A stretch of DNA of 59,887 nt, the filler included, from Diploschistes diacapsis (lineage: Eukaryota), in NCBI GenBank assembly GCA_023645945.1. It is 5 parts of 5 records of this genome, joined end to end, with 100 filler letters (N's around TTAATTAATTAA, not from the genome) between each part and the next. Parts side by side here need not be neighbours in the genome. Positions count along the whole stretch, not along the records: positions 36,008 to 47,898 come from JALAIB010000788.1; positions 47,999 to 59,887 come from JALAIB010000789.1; 3 more parts are not named here. The stretch is one strand, 5' to 3'. The translations under genes and the position numbers were made by a program. This document shows, piece by piece, positions 36,008-48,452 of this stretch; within the stretch, counting starts at the first letter, position 1; every line of letters starts with the position of its first letter. Below the pieces are notes generated by a model. The model did not search any database and was not told the origin of the DNA. It worked only from the letters and a program-made list of their open reading frames with translations.

Positions 36008-38491
36008 CTCCCCATGCGCTCCTTGTGCATCCGCAGCACGCGGCCCCTCTCCACCAGGCTCCGCCGCGCCTTGCCCCTGGCCTTGCCCAGCACCATCAGC
36101 ACGTTCTTCCTCCTGGCCTTCTCCTTGTTGGTGCTGCTCTTGCCGCTGGCCGCCTTGCGGCTCGCGCGTATCGCCTGCGTGCTCCTGTGCTCGGCCCGCT
36201 CGCCCTTGCCCTCCCTGGCGCGCGCCACCTTCTCTTCCTTGTCGGCCTTGCGCGAGAGGTGCGCGAGGCCGGCGATTTGCGCCGCCGTGAGGGGGTCGTC
36301 GGCGTGGCGCTGCTGCGAGGAGGAGGAGGGGGCCAGGCGGTTGCGCTGCGAGGCCGGAAGGCCCGAGGTGGCGGCGGCCGCCGAGAGGCGGAGGTCGTGC
36401 AGTTTGACGAGGTCGGCGGGGGTGAGGATGTGGGTTGTGGCGAGCGAGGGGGCTGGGGTGGGGTTTTCGCCGGGTTGGGATGCCGTGGCCACGGTCGGGT
36501 TGTCGGTGCCTTGCGAGACGGATGGGGGTTCGGTGGCTTGAGCCGAAGCGTTGACGCTGGCGTCGGCGTCGGCGTCGGCACCGAGCTTGTTGCGCTTCTT
36601 GGCGGGCTTGGAGGCGGAGTCCGAGTCGGAGTCGCTGAGGACGAGGTCGGTGCCGTCGTCGCCGCTCACGCGGTCTATCCAGCCGCCTGAGCTGTCGCTT
36701 TCCGCCGAGCCAATCTCCCACCCGTCGTTTTCGTCGTCGTCGTCGTCGTCGTCTTCTTCCTCGTGCTCTGCTTCGCCGTTATCGTTTGCGCCGCCAGCTG
36801 TGCCCTTCTCGGCCTGCTTCCTCTGCCTTTCCCCTTCCTTCCATTTCGCCAGCAGTTCCAGGCCCTCGATTTCACCGGCCGCTTCCTCGCCGAACCGCCG
36901 CTCCTTGCGTTCCCCGCTCCTCAAGCCCATTGCCGCGTCCTTGCCTCGGTCTCTCTTCTTGAGCATGTCCGCGCCAACTTCCCGGTAGAGGCTGAGCAGG
37001 CCCCGTGCTGCCATCATCACGCCCTTGTCCTTGCTCTTCTTGTACATGACGAGATCCTGCAGAAGCGCTTCGCTCATGGCGAGCGGCTGCCGCGCACAGA
37101 TCTCTCTGATGGCATTGAGACCGGCCGACGCAACTTCGGATGCCGAAGCCTCCGAAACGAATTCGTTGGCGATCTTCTGGACGAGCGGCTCCAGGGTGTC
37201 CGGAGGGACGAGATTGTGTGTGGCTTGGGCGAGGGAAGCGAGGAACGAAGTGACCGAGGGTTGACGTGGAGTGAGGTACTTGATGAAGTAAGTATAGAGG
37301 TTGATTATGGTAAGCTTGTGGAGGCCGATGAGTCTCGAAACCAGCTGAAGAACTAGCAATTTCTGCTCGAGGTTGAGTTTCAACTTTCCCTTCTGTAGGT
37401 GATTAGAGAATAATTTTTCTGCGAAGGTCTGTGGATCGTGCAGGAGGTGGAAAGCAGAGAAGTTTAAAGGGTGCGGCTTGTTCTGTTTCTTCTCCCTTTT
37501 CTTTGCCTTGGCCACAGCATTATCCATCATCTTGGCCCTCTTCTTGGTCTTCTTGTTTATGCCCATCTGGTGCTTGATGCCTCCCAAGTCTATAGCTTCT
37601 TCCTCGTCGCTGCTTTCCTCGAGCTCTTCCCTCTCCTTGTCACCACCTAGGAAGAACCGCACCCCTCCAACGACCACCTTCACGTTTTCTGCAAGACAGC
37701 ACTCTTTCATCGTCTCCACCGCTCTCGAGTCGGTCCATATCTGCCGCTTCCAAAGCTCTCTGGTCAGCTTGATGGCCCAAAGTGCTTTCGGCGAAGTACG
37801 GTCTGCGGTCACCAGATTGTTCAGGACCGTCTGAATCGTTCGGTTTATTCGATGGTTCGTGCCTTTGGCGTTCGAGTTGCGCAGGTCTGACAGGATCTTC
37901 TGGAAGAGGAGGGCTCGTAGAGATTTTCGCGTTGTCGTAGTAAGGATCGGGAAAAGGGCATGTAGAAGCCTTGAGCACGCATCAGCTGTATTTCAGTTTC
38001 AAACATTCCTGCCCTTACGTCGACGAATCGATGATCTCTTTCCGCCGTAGCACCCCCAAGCTCCCAATGATCTTCTCGCAGAGCTCCACCTCAAGCTCAG
38101 CATGATGGCGGCTCAGGATATCGATCAATTGCTGCGGAAAGTTTGCGGTCTCTGCTCGATAGCAGTCCGCCACATGAGCCACAAAGCCGATCAAGTCCCG
38201 TAAGGAGATAATCCCCGCGTCCGTGGCAGAGGAGGGCGCCTGCAGAAAGATCTCGCGCTGGTTCACATACTGTCGGTACTGGGTATCAAAATTGTCTTTA
38301 TAAGCGCTGGATCACATTTAGCGATTGCGCAAGGCCGCCTCCATGGGGAGTTGCCATACAGCGGATCGCCGCGGACTTTGTATTGTAGACTTGCGCTTTT
38401 TGATCATTAGCATATGCCTCAACCTAAAGGGACAAAGTACCAACAGGTCAGCATCGACTTTCTCAAGCGCGCCAACTTTGCGCTTCCCCAT
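36008..38491 (-). CDS. SDA1: 60S ribosome biogenesis protein Sda1 (last codons cut by spacer)
   Basis: MGKRKVGALEKVDADLASLQYKVRRDP, HPLNFSAFHLLHDPQTFAEKLF, KIANEFVS, GLNAIREICARQPL, HILTPADL and SSTNKEKARRKN; three introns near the 5' end. Confidence 0.95.
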
Positions 38492-39315
38492 TGTCGCTGG
38501 ATATCAAGTATTGGAGACGCAGGTTCTAAAGAATTTTGGAATTTCTGCCCATATCTGCCCACAAACCCCCCTTGTCATGAGTAAGTTCTTGGCATCAGTC
38601 CTTCACTTGACATCTTATCGATAAGATAACAAACAGTGCAAACACTAGGCACTGAGAATAGGTGAAGACATCCAGTACGTGTACTTCGAAGCCTACAAAT
38701 ACATGCACTGGAGCCAATCGACTGACTCACTATTGATGACACTGCAATGAGATACTGTCGCTGTGCAGGCAGGTGTTCGGTATCTAGCAGAAATGATAGG
38801 GGCTGGGCGGCGTTGCTGAATGCATTGTAATGCAATATCTGTCTTGGAAAGGCGTTGGATGGGCAACAAGTAGTAGGGGGACTAAGGAATGCATTTGCTG
38901 TTTCTGCTTGCTCTGTACGGGCTGAGTACAGTACCTTGAGGGTGTAGCGCACTTTTATGTTAAGCTGACCTCCCTTATCGGGGAGTTGTCGGCAATAGAA
39001 GAGATGGCGGGCAAGCGGCAACGGCTTGGTTGAATCAGCAACATCGCTGATACCATGGCCATTGCTACCACCACCTCCAATAGCAAGCTTGATCCCGCAA
39101 ACCATGGATTCAAACTGTGATTCAATTCATAGCATGGCATAGCAAGGCATAGCCCTAGTTTTCTTAGGGGCATAGCGGCGCGCAACATACACACACACCC
39201 CTTAATCTCTCCACCAGGTCCCTCTTCCCTCCCGCTATCTCCCTCAAACCCAAACCGCCCATCCAACCCCAGACCTCCTTTCCCCCACAAACCACATCCC
39301 TCTCCATCCTCCACT

Positions 39316-40326
39316 CTACCGATTACTCTTCGCCACCCTCTCCAACTCATCCTTCTTCTTGATCGCATAGCTGTTCGAACTGCCCTTGGCCGCATTGATC
39401 AGCTCCTCCGCCAAGCACTCCGCGATGCTCTTGACGTTGCGGAAGCTGGCCTCGCGCGCGCCGATGGTCAGCAGGGCAATGGCCTGGTTGACGCGGCGCA
39501 GGGGCGAGACGTCAACGGCCTGCCGGCGGACCGTGCCCGCGCTGCCGATGCGGGTGCTGTCTTCGCGCGGCCCGCAGTTGACGATGGCGTCGACGGCGAT
39601 TTGGATGGGGTTTTGGTCCGTCATTATGTGGATCTGTTGGTGGGGGCAGAGGGGAGTGGTTAGCGCGGGTCTCTGGTGAGGATAGGGAAGTAGTGCCGGA
39701 GAGGTAGGTCGAGGATAAGGTCTGATCCGGGTTTTTGGTTTGACAACCTCTTTCCAGAGCGATTTTCGTAGAAGAAGGCATCGAGGTAGTGAAGCCGGGT
39801 ATATAACAGGAACTGGTGGAGAACGTACGATTTCAAAAGCGTGAGCGACGATCCGAACAGCCATGAGCTTCTTGCCGTTGTTCCGGCCGTTCATCATGAG
39901 CGAGTTGGTCAGGCGCTCGATGATGGGGCACTGGGCCTTGCGGAATCGCTTGACGGCGTAGCGGCCGGCGGAGTGGGAGATGTAGACGGGGGAACGGATC
40001 TGGATGTAATCGCTACCATCAACCACACACATTAGCAAAGCACTTCCTCTCATAATCTATGGGCTGCGGGGGTTAAACCGAGGCCCCTGGGAAGATTTCT
40101 TGAGCGCTCTTGTGCTTCTAGCAGGCCAGCAACAATATGCCCATTTCTGCAGCGACAGGAAGAGCATCCGAGATGTCGAAACTCACGTCAAAGAGATGTC
40201 CTTCACCTCGACATCCTCGTAGCTCCATTTGTTGAACAGCTTGACGGATCCGATCTCCGCCTGGACGTCCTTGGGCAGGACCGGGTAGGCCGGTGCGTCG
40301 ACCTCGACTTCGCCGCTGTCAGACAT
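39316..40326 (-). CDS. RPS5: 40S ribosomal protein S5 (uS7)
   Basis: [25 protein letters not shown]...[35 protein letters not shown]...[14 protein letters not shown]. Two coding introns and a probable 5'-UTR intron ending ~40343. Confidence 0.98.
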
Positions 40327-41217
40327 GGTGGGCGTGCTTGTCTGTTCAATTTATTGCGAGATTAGAAATGGGTATTGAGCCGGAGCGGACTTTTCTTTGT
40401 CTCGACGGAGTCGGTGCTTTGCCTGCTTGCTTGCTCAAGGTGAGGAGGTACCTCGCTTGTGGTTGCGATTGCGCGCTAATTCGAGGATTTTGGATGTGCG
40501 CTAGGGTTGTGGGCGCCAAGGATTTGGAACTTGCGGATTAGGAAATGTCCTGGGGTAATGGCAAGGGGAGTTTCCTTGTCCTCTGGTTTCCAAAAATGAT
40601 AGTTTTGCAAAGCCGTCCTCTTCGGTTGAAGGTATATCAGGTACTAATATAGGAGTCAGACTACATGTGTGGCGGCCAAGGCCAATTATGTGCAGTCAGA
40701 AATCCGAGTATAACTCGGTGTAGCGAGAACCTACAGGACTGGATATCTATGAACGAAGAATAGACCGGCGCGAAGTGGGAAAGCCTAAATTAATCAAGTC
40801 ATCTCATTCGCCTCACGAGCTTTCACTACCCTACCAAGAGCGGTGCTAAAATCTAAAAATGACCAAAAAGCAGAAGACGTCGGCATCGATATCCCCATGA
40901 TTTTGCACGGCGACTTCTCGTCGTATAGGTATGGTGAAACAGATGATGATGCATAGCAAATATATCTTGCTCCTCCCGCTTCAGTCCGCGCACTTTTCTG
41001 TACCCGTCAAACCATCACCCCCATTATCCACTTCCCCCCACATTACGCCATTGCCTAGGTCGTTCGTATAATCCTTGGATCGTAGTGATTTCTTATCACC
41101 ACGCATCACGCCTTGCTTGATCCAGGCCTACCATCTGAATGCTAGCGCGGCTGGGCGGACGCGTATGCATCCCTGTCGAGAATGACCTTTTATATTCGGT
41201 CGTGGCAAGGTTGTTGC

Positions 41218-43623
41218 TTATCTGAATCTGGCAGAGCAGCGACCCATGATCTCTCCCTGACAAACGAGCTCTGCGTTGAATTCGGAACCATCAAGGGTAA
41301 GGTAAATATCAAAGTAGACACGGTAGAAAGTCCCTTGAGGGGTATCCATCCGCTCAAAGTCCTTTTCGAGGTTCTTTCGCGAAAGGTCCGAAGTCAGGGT
41401 GACGACTTCCTTTATACCTATACATCTCGTTAGCTCCCGAAACATAGAATAGAGAGTACGGGGAAGACACGTACGGGGATCCTTGGTATACTCTGGGCAA
41501 ACATCCTCATCGCAAGCGTACAAAATATCCTCATACATGAGCGTAGCACCCGGAGCGACTTGCCTGAAGAAGCTGACTTTGACAGGCTCGCCGATCTTGA
41601 CGCGCTGCCCTTTTTGCACGAAGATCTGCCGGGTGTACTTGCATCTGTCCTTTCCGTCGAGACTGGGCACACGATACTGTTCGGGGTGATGTCCTTCCTT
41701 GAAGGGCTGAAGAGTTGCCATGAGGTAGTGCCGTCGAGCCACGCGGGATGTAACGACACGCTCGGTGATACCAGCAGTAACGGCACCTTTGACGATGGCA
41801 GCGACGGAGTCCATCGGGCGAACGACCTTGGCCTGAAACTGAGGAGGGACGTGGAGCTTGATTTGCTGGAAGAGATACTCGGACGCACCGAAACCACCCA
41901 CGACGAGAACATTCTAATAGTAGGATTAGGCACGAAAGGCACGGAGGGCACAAAATGATCCTGCTTACCTGCAGTAGTCGATTCTGCGCCTGAATGGCAA
42001 TAATCTGGTTCCTGACCAACTCGAGAATTCGGTTCACTACAGGCTCGAAGCACTGCAGGATTTCCTCGTTCGTAAAGGTCATGTACCCTTCTTCAATGCC
42101 GGCTTCTGGGAATTCTGCCTCGATTCCCACGTCAACAGCCCATTTCTGACCATTGTTCCGGAAATCGGCCTTTATCCGATTCTCGAAATCCATAATGCAT
42201 TTCGCGTATACTTTGCCGGCAGTCTTGGAGCCGTCGGGCAGTTTCATCTTCCGAATCTTGGCTCGCAGGATGTTGCTAAAGTTTCGGTTCAGGGCTGTGG
42301 AACCGCAAGAGTCACCGGAACCTGCTGTGCATTCCGCGACCGTGAACGGGTGCTCCTCTTCGACCTCATACGCGATCAAATCGACCGTTCCTCCACCGCA
42401 GTCAACAATCAGAACGGCATCTCTTATCTTCAGATTCAGGAGGCCAGTCTTGGAACAGAACATTGCCGCAGCTTCCGGTTCGGTAATAAGCGTCAGCCGG
42501 TTGTCGTTCTCATCGCGCAGGAAGCCAGCCTGGATGGCTGCTGCTCTGGTCGCAGCTTTTCCGGCGTCGTTCCAGATAGCCGGCACGGTCAAGAAGTACC
42601 GGATATTCCTTTCCTCTCTGTTGAATACCTCTCCCAAAGTCTTTGTCAACTGATGTCTCATTGCTTGTCGAAGCTTGAAAAGGTAGTCGGCCGCCACATC
42701 AATCTCAGACTTTCCAGGCGGTAGGGGTGGAAGGTTTATCGGATCGATGTAAGTGTTTCCAGAGAGCATCAGCTGCAGCTTGAACCATTCGACCTTCTGA
42801 ACGCCAGGCTTGGGATATCCCGTCGGCGCAAGAGCTTCGGCAATGTCTGGACCCCAGCCAACAACCTTTTGATATTGATCGTAGTACAGCACCGTTGGTA
42901 TCTAAGCGTACGGTGAGAAGTGAGGTACCGGAGCATGACCTGACGCCCTTACCTTCTGTTTTGATTGGGTACCGGCGCCCGGCCATTCTGTGATTATGTC
43001 TTCCTTGGCTTCGGTATTAGTTGCAAAAGCAAAGGCGACCCCCGAGAATGTGGTTCCCTAACAATGCCATCATCAGCCACGGGAAGGGCATCAATTTGCC
43101 AGGAGCGCTCACGAAATCTATACCAACGATGAGTTGTGCCTTGCTCCTGACGCTACCCTCCACCTCCGCAGGTCGGCCCGGGTAGGCGCCTTGCGATGGC
43201 GGCGGTGGCCCGCCGGCGTACCCGACGGCATATTGTGGAGGCTGATTGCTCAAGGCGGGATGGCCTGGTATATGATCAGCCCTGGGTTCCAAGACCCACA
43301 CAAAGGATTCGCTGCTGCTCACCTCCTGGAGGCATCGGACTCGTCGGTCTTGGAGCGCTTGGGTTGTAAGTGTAGCTGGGCGGGCGGCCCATGCCATTGG
43401 GAGTATGGTTCATGGGGAGATTGGGGGTGGAGGAGCTCTCTGTGATGGGAGTTTGTGCGGCGGTACCGTTGGTGGTCGTTGGGGTTAGGGATGGTACGGA
43501 TGTATTCGGAGTGGGGAGTTGCGACGTTTGGCCGTTCGCGGTAATGTTAGGGCTGCTCGACTTGCGCTTCGTTCCAAAGCCAAAGTTTCTAAATCTCGAG
43601 CTCATCAAGTCTGTCCGTGCCAT
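41218..43623 (-). CDS. Hsp70-like (HSPA12-type) actin-like ATPase
   Basis: IVGIDF|GTTFSG, LTVPAIW, ITEPEAAA, IVDCGGGTVDL and VGGFGASEYL; disordered Pro/Ser-rich N-terminus; five introns. The start could be the second Met (MSSRFR). Confidence 0.92.
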
Positions 43624-45567
43624 GTTTTGGTTAGAATCGTTTCAGAAGACAGCAAAATATTACGGTGTTGTGGTGGGGGACGGTGGAAAGCGTTGAAAAA
43701 TACCAAAGTGTCAAAGTAGGTGGTGAAGACGTGTATGCGCCCGTTTGGTGCTGCCACAGCGGGCCTTATGGTAGAAAAAGATGCAGATGGAAAGCACCCA
43801 GTGTTGATGTGCAAGTATGCGTGTGGACGTACTTTTGCTGCAGCGAGAAGGCGGAGCACAGTCGGAGGGTTTGCACGTTGGGGGTTGTGGCTCAGATTGA
43901 CAGGCATGGATGGCTTGAATGGAAGAGCCGAGTCGTTGTCTATGAATAGTTCTTGAGCCACAGCGGTAAGAGCATATATTTCGAATCCGAAGTGAAACCC
44001 AGTTCTGAAGCTGCAAGTATGCGGTTCTTTGCAGTATGGAACCGCAGAATGGGGGGGGAGGTGATAAGATTAAGAGGGTAAAAGGCACAGAAGGTAAGTA
44101 ACGTGGGCTTCGGGAGCAAAAGGCGGCATCAGGTAATGGGTAATGAGATGGTGGTGGGGAAGGATTTGGCTCTAGTTCCTCGTACTACAATAATAGTAGT
44201 AATAATAATTATAATTAAATTATACTCGTCTCTCCAGCCAGCTGAAATGTTTGACGGAGTCCTGGTTTATTTATGTATGCAAGGGCTAGAGGTCAGGTCA
44301 GGAAGCATCCCATTTTCTCTAACTAGGACTCCGGGAGTGCTTGGCCTTATAAGGTTGCAGATACCACCTTGTTCCTGGGCGAGAGCGAGGATCATTAAGG
44401 TGAAGGACTTGAAATAACAATAGGGGAGCATAAAGCAGAGGCCTTGATAAGTTCATCAATCCCTCTTTGTTCTCCCCAAAGTTAAAAAGTTGTGCCAGGA
44501 CTTTTGGGCAGATAATGATGTTCGTTCAGGTGGCATGTGTTTCAGGACTCGGCCAGGACTATTCGCTAAACTTAAACCTCTTTTTTACTCCATGTGCGGC
44601 TCTGCATCAGTTAACATGATGTACTTCCAGACGCTGTCCGGAAAATCTGGACTGCTGGGTTGGGGTAGACTACAAAGAGAAAGGATTTTGCGTGGAATAC
44701 TACTCTATTTATATGGGGGGGATCTGAACGTCAGTCAAAGATCGTCGTGGGAAAGAGGCTACGCTACTACGCCTGGACCTGAACCCATAGCGTGGCTTCA
44801 GCCTTGGACTTGGTGGGCTCGTGTTAGAGCTAACAAACCACACCACACCACATTGGCGGAAACCTTTGCTGATTTCTAACCGACTCTTGATTCCTGATTC
44901 CTCCTGGTTTCTGATCGAGGTCTCGCCGGCCGAGGACATGCTCACGTTGTATATTATATATGCTGAAAGCGCCTTGTAGATAAGATATAACTAGATTTAC
45001 ACCTGGAATTACATGCCAAAAGTCAAGACCATGGTGAACTCCCCTCAAGCCTCTTCAGGAAGTCGTGGCGTTTGTAGATTGCATGGCGGAGTGAGTGGCT
45101 TTTCAAGGTCATAACTCGCAGCGGTCGCCCCTCTGCCCCTCTCTTCTGTCGCATACCAATTAATAGAGACAGAAATCTCGAATCCCATGCCTGAGAATTT
45201 CGGTCTAACATGTTAACTTTGATATAGCAAACAGAACAATAACAATGGTAGAGGCACTTCCTGATGTGCTGCGGCTGCGTCAAAGCCTTGCTGATTCCTG
45301 TAGCGAACACATGGCGGGGGCTGGGGCGGAGCGATCCAAAAGAAGTGGCGGGGGGGAAGTGATTTCATGCTTGGCGCGGGGGAAGCCTTCTGGGGACAGC
45401 AGCAGCCGGTCTCACCTCACTCACACGGAACCAGTGCTTGAACTCATATCTCTGCTCTCTGCTCTCTGCTCTCTGGCTTCACAAGGCTTTTTCACCCACG
45501 GAGATAACAACACTCACCAACACTGGGTCACGTGGATGCCAAGCTGGAGCCTAATATGACCCCAGGT

Positions 45568-45598
45568 CATCATCATCATCATCATCATCATCATCACC

Positions 45599-45630
<32 letters not shown>

Positions 45631-45669
45631 CATCATCACCATCATCATCATCACCATCATCATCATCAC
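45568..45669. repeat. (CAT)n microsatellite with five CAC interruptions, 34 units
   Basis: Direct reading; lies ~80 bp beyond the stop of the methyltransferase gene. Confidence 0.95.
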
Positions 45670-45745
45670 CTGTCACAACACTGCTCACACTTAGTTCTGT
45701 CATGTGACAGAACCTGTGAGACATAGTCTTCGAGATAGGGTGTGG

Positions 45746-47023
45746 CTATTTGACAACCTTTCTAGCAATGAAGTGAGACACACGGTAAAAGTGCTGCGAC
45801 ATACTCGCGACTTCCGAAATGTAGCTCTGGCCGTCGGGACGCATCTCGAAAATTTCAATCTCGAAGCCCATGTGCTGCACCAGCAACAGTAGCTCATCGT
45901 TGGTGAGCTCTACGCTGCCAGGCGCGCCGATCCCCATGTTCTTGGCTGCACTAGGAGCTTCTTCGTTTCTACGCTGACTGGAGGATTGCTCGTGCCCGCC
46001 AGCAAAGTGCCATTTGAGTGGACCCAGGTTGATCCAGTAGCCACCGTCGCGGAGCGTATTGAAGATGGTCTCAATATACCGTATGACATTTGGGGCAGTA
46101 TCGATGAAGAAGACCGTCACGACGGAATCGTAACGGCCACGATGTTCGTCGTCAGAGTACGTGATGGTAAAGTCAGACGCAGACATGTTCATTCGGTCAA
46201 ATGCGTGTGTCTTCTTTCCCTGGCTTGACAACTCAAGCGCCTGCCCCGGATGCACGTCCGGGATGCTGATTTTATTTAGCTGGTCCTTCAGGCTTAGCTG
46301 GTTCGTGAAGTTGAGCGCCGCAGGATAATAATCGAACTTCTCTTCAGGCTGCAGCGTGTTGAGGACCCAGTTGCTGGCCAGCAATGCATGGAATGAAATC
46401 TCGTTCCCCTCCGTATGATACCCCGCTCTGCATATTTCAAAGGCTAGTCGGCCGAGGCCTGCGCCTGGAACCAAGACGCGGACTTCTCCCTTGTCTTCCT
46501 TGTCCTTGAAGAGCGTCTCAAGATCGTCAAGGATGGGTTGAAAGTGTGCAGCACGCTCTTCGGCGCCTTCTTCGCTCCAGTCTCGTAGGAATTGGCGAAG
46601 GGTGGTATTGGCCTTCTCTACATCTCCTGTGGTCGTCGTGTTTCTGAAGTTATCTTCATCCTTTGGTGGATCTTCTGGCACGCCGAAAGCAACCAAACCT
46701 GTCTCCAGTATGCGTTCCGCGACCTCGGCGTTGACGTCGATTGCATGGTCCACCTGATCAAACTTGCTGGAGATATTGAAAGGGGGTCCCGCAAGCATTT
46801 GCCAGTGGTGAGCGGGTAGGGTGTAGAAATCTTGACGCTTGTGGTGAGTGACGTTGAGATGAGCTAGTCGGCGATACTGCCTGTGGAAAACAGTAAGCAT
46901 TTTTAGAGCAAATTGTATCTTTAAAAATCCCCCATACCTGAATGAATCCAAAGCCGAGAACAACACTCTCCGTTCTGCCGCATCGTCCATGCTCTCCTTG
47001 GCGCCGTCCCAGTTCTCGTTCAT
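45746..47023 (-). CDS. Carnosine N-methyltransferase (N2227-like, CARNMT1 family)
   Basis: LRQFLRDWSEEGAEER, VLVPGAGLGRLAFEI, EGNEIS, TVFFIDTAPN and WINLGPLKWH. One 57-nt in-frame GT-AG intron (46881-46937) is included in the ORF track. Confidence 0.92.
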   Translation of the reverse strand: MNENWDGAKESMDDAAERRVLFSALDSFRYGGFLKIQFALKMLTVFHRQYRRLAHLNVTHHKRQDFYTLPAHHWQMLAGPPFNISSKFDQVDHAIDVNAEVAERILETGLVAFGVPEDPPKDEDNFRNTTTTGDVEKANTTLRQFLRDWSEEGAEERAAHFQPILDDLETLFKDKEDKGEVRVLVPGAGLGRLAFEICRAGYHTEGNEISFHALLASNWVLNTLQPEEKFDYYPAALNFTNQLSLKDQLNKISIPDVHPGQALELSSQGKKTHAFDRMNMSASDFTITYSDDEHRGRYDSVVTVFFIDTAPNVIRYIETIFNTLRDGGYWINLGPLKWHFAGGHEQSSSQRRNEEAPSAAKNMGIGAPGSVELTNDELLLLVQHMGFEIEIFEMRPDGQSYISEVASMSQHFYRVSHFIARKVVK

Positions 47024-47530
47024 CTTGCAGTCAAATAGAGCTATGAGGCCGAGTTATGAGCGGGAAACAGCGACCAGAAGCGTCTCATAAGAACAACACT
47101 GTGGCAAGAATCTTGAAGCGTAAGAGAACCAAAGGGTTTGAGGACTGTGCATGAAAGAACAGTACGAGGTACCTAGCGGTCAAAGCGCAGCTGGAAGTGG
47201 TAAAACAGACTGGAGCTACTCAAGTAGACAATCACATTGAGTCGAGCATACATCTTGCTACAGAAGAAAGCATATACCCCTAGAGCCTAGAAGTCACAGC
47301 ATGTTTGTAATCATAGACTCCAAAACCAAAGTTGAAGAACCCATTTTCGCTTATATAGGGCAAATGCGTGACCCCCTTTCTTCTCGGCATGCTTTCAACC
47401 ATCTGAAACTCATCTCGACATATCACATATCTCAAACCATCGACTCTCTGTAGGGGCTTGAAAAAGTCCCACGGATGTCACCGCCACCCATCTCCATCTC
47501 CAGATCCCCACCAAACTAACCGCATCCGCC

Positions 47531-47898
47531 ATGGGACACCCTCTCAACGCCTCCCTCCCTCTCCCCCTCCACCCCCAAACAAGCCTCCACATCTCCCTGA
47601 CGGACCACAAAACATGCTACCTCATCTTCATGACGACCACACCCTCCCTCACCTCCCCAACGCCCGCCGCGCCATCAACGCCAGCGGCCCAAAGCTTCCA
47701 GGAGGCCTCCTCGTCGGGCTCTGCAGGCGGTAGCGGCGGAAGCGTCGGTGGCAGAGTAGGCAGCGGAAGCAGCCCGCTGGGCAGTTTCGTGTACGGGATG
47801 CCGAACGTACGTACATACCGTGCTTTAACGGAGTCCCTGTTTCCCCTTTGCACGAGCTCCAGGCCTAGCCAACCGTGCATTTCCCTCCCCTCCTCAAC
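47531..47898 (+). CDS. Probable proteasome assembly chaperone 4 (PAC4)-like protein, truncated by spacer
   Basis: SLPLPLHPQTSLHISLT...LIFMTT...PLGSFVYGMPN resembles fungal PAC4-like proteins, followed by a GTACGT donor at ~47806. Confidence 0.55.
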
Positions 47899-47998
47899 NN
47901 NNNNNNNNNNNNNNNNNNNNNNNNNNNNNNNNNNNNNNNNNNTTAATTAATTAANNNNNNNNNNNNNNNNNNNNNNNNNNNNNNNNNNNNNNNNNNNN
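47899..47998. other. Artificial contig-joining spacer
   Basis: N44-TTAATTAATTAA-N44. Confidence 0.98.
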
Positions 47999-48452
47999 CC
48001 TTCAATGCATCCGCATCCGCCTGCTGCGTCTTGACCACCCCGATCGACCCCGTCAGCGTCCCCATCCCAATCTGGCCATTGGTCGACGGCGCCGACCACG
48101 GCACGGGCGTCTCCGCGAAGCTTTGAGAAAACGTAATCACCGACCCGGCAGCCGAGTAGACGGTGACGGGGCTCAGCTGCGTGGGTATTGTGGCCTGCGG
48201 CACGCCGACGCCGCCACCCACGCCGCCCTGCTGGCGCCTTCCAAGATCCGCCGCATTGTTCTCGGCGGGAGACTGGAGGGAGCGGATGAAGTTGGCGAGG
48301 TGGTCGGGGATTTTCTGCGAGAACTGCGAGGAGGTGAGGAGGGAGTCGGCGATGCTGGCGTTGGCGTTGAGGTTGAGGTCTGGGGGCGGGTTGGGGGTGG
48401 AGGCGGTTATTAGGTATGGGAGGGAGAAGAGAGCGACGAGCGTGGTTCGCAT
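47999..48452 (-). CDS. Secreted Kre1-like cell-wall protein, C-terminus cut by spacer
   Basis: Signal peptide MRTTLVALFSLPYLITA and a dibasic RR site. FSQSF....W..PS..G.IGMGTLTGSIGVVKT resembles the conserved Kre1 motif GSIGMGTLTGTVG. Confidence 0.7.

Noticed and set aside
44100..45500. Short ORFs between the Hsp70-like and methyltransferase genes
   Set aside because: No recognisable motifs, codon bias or splice structure.
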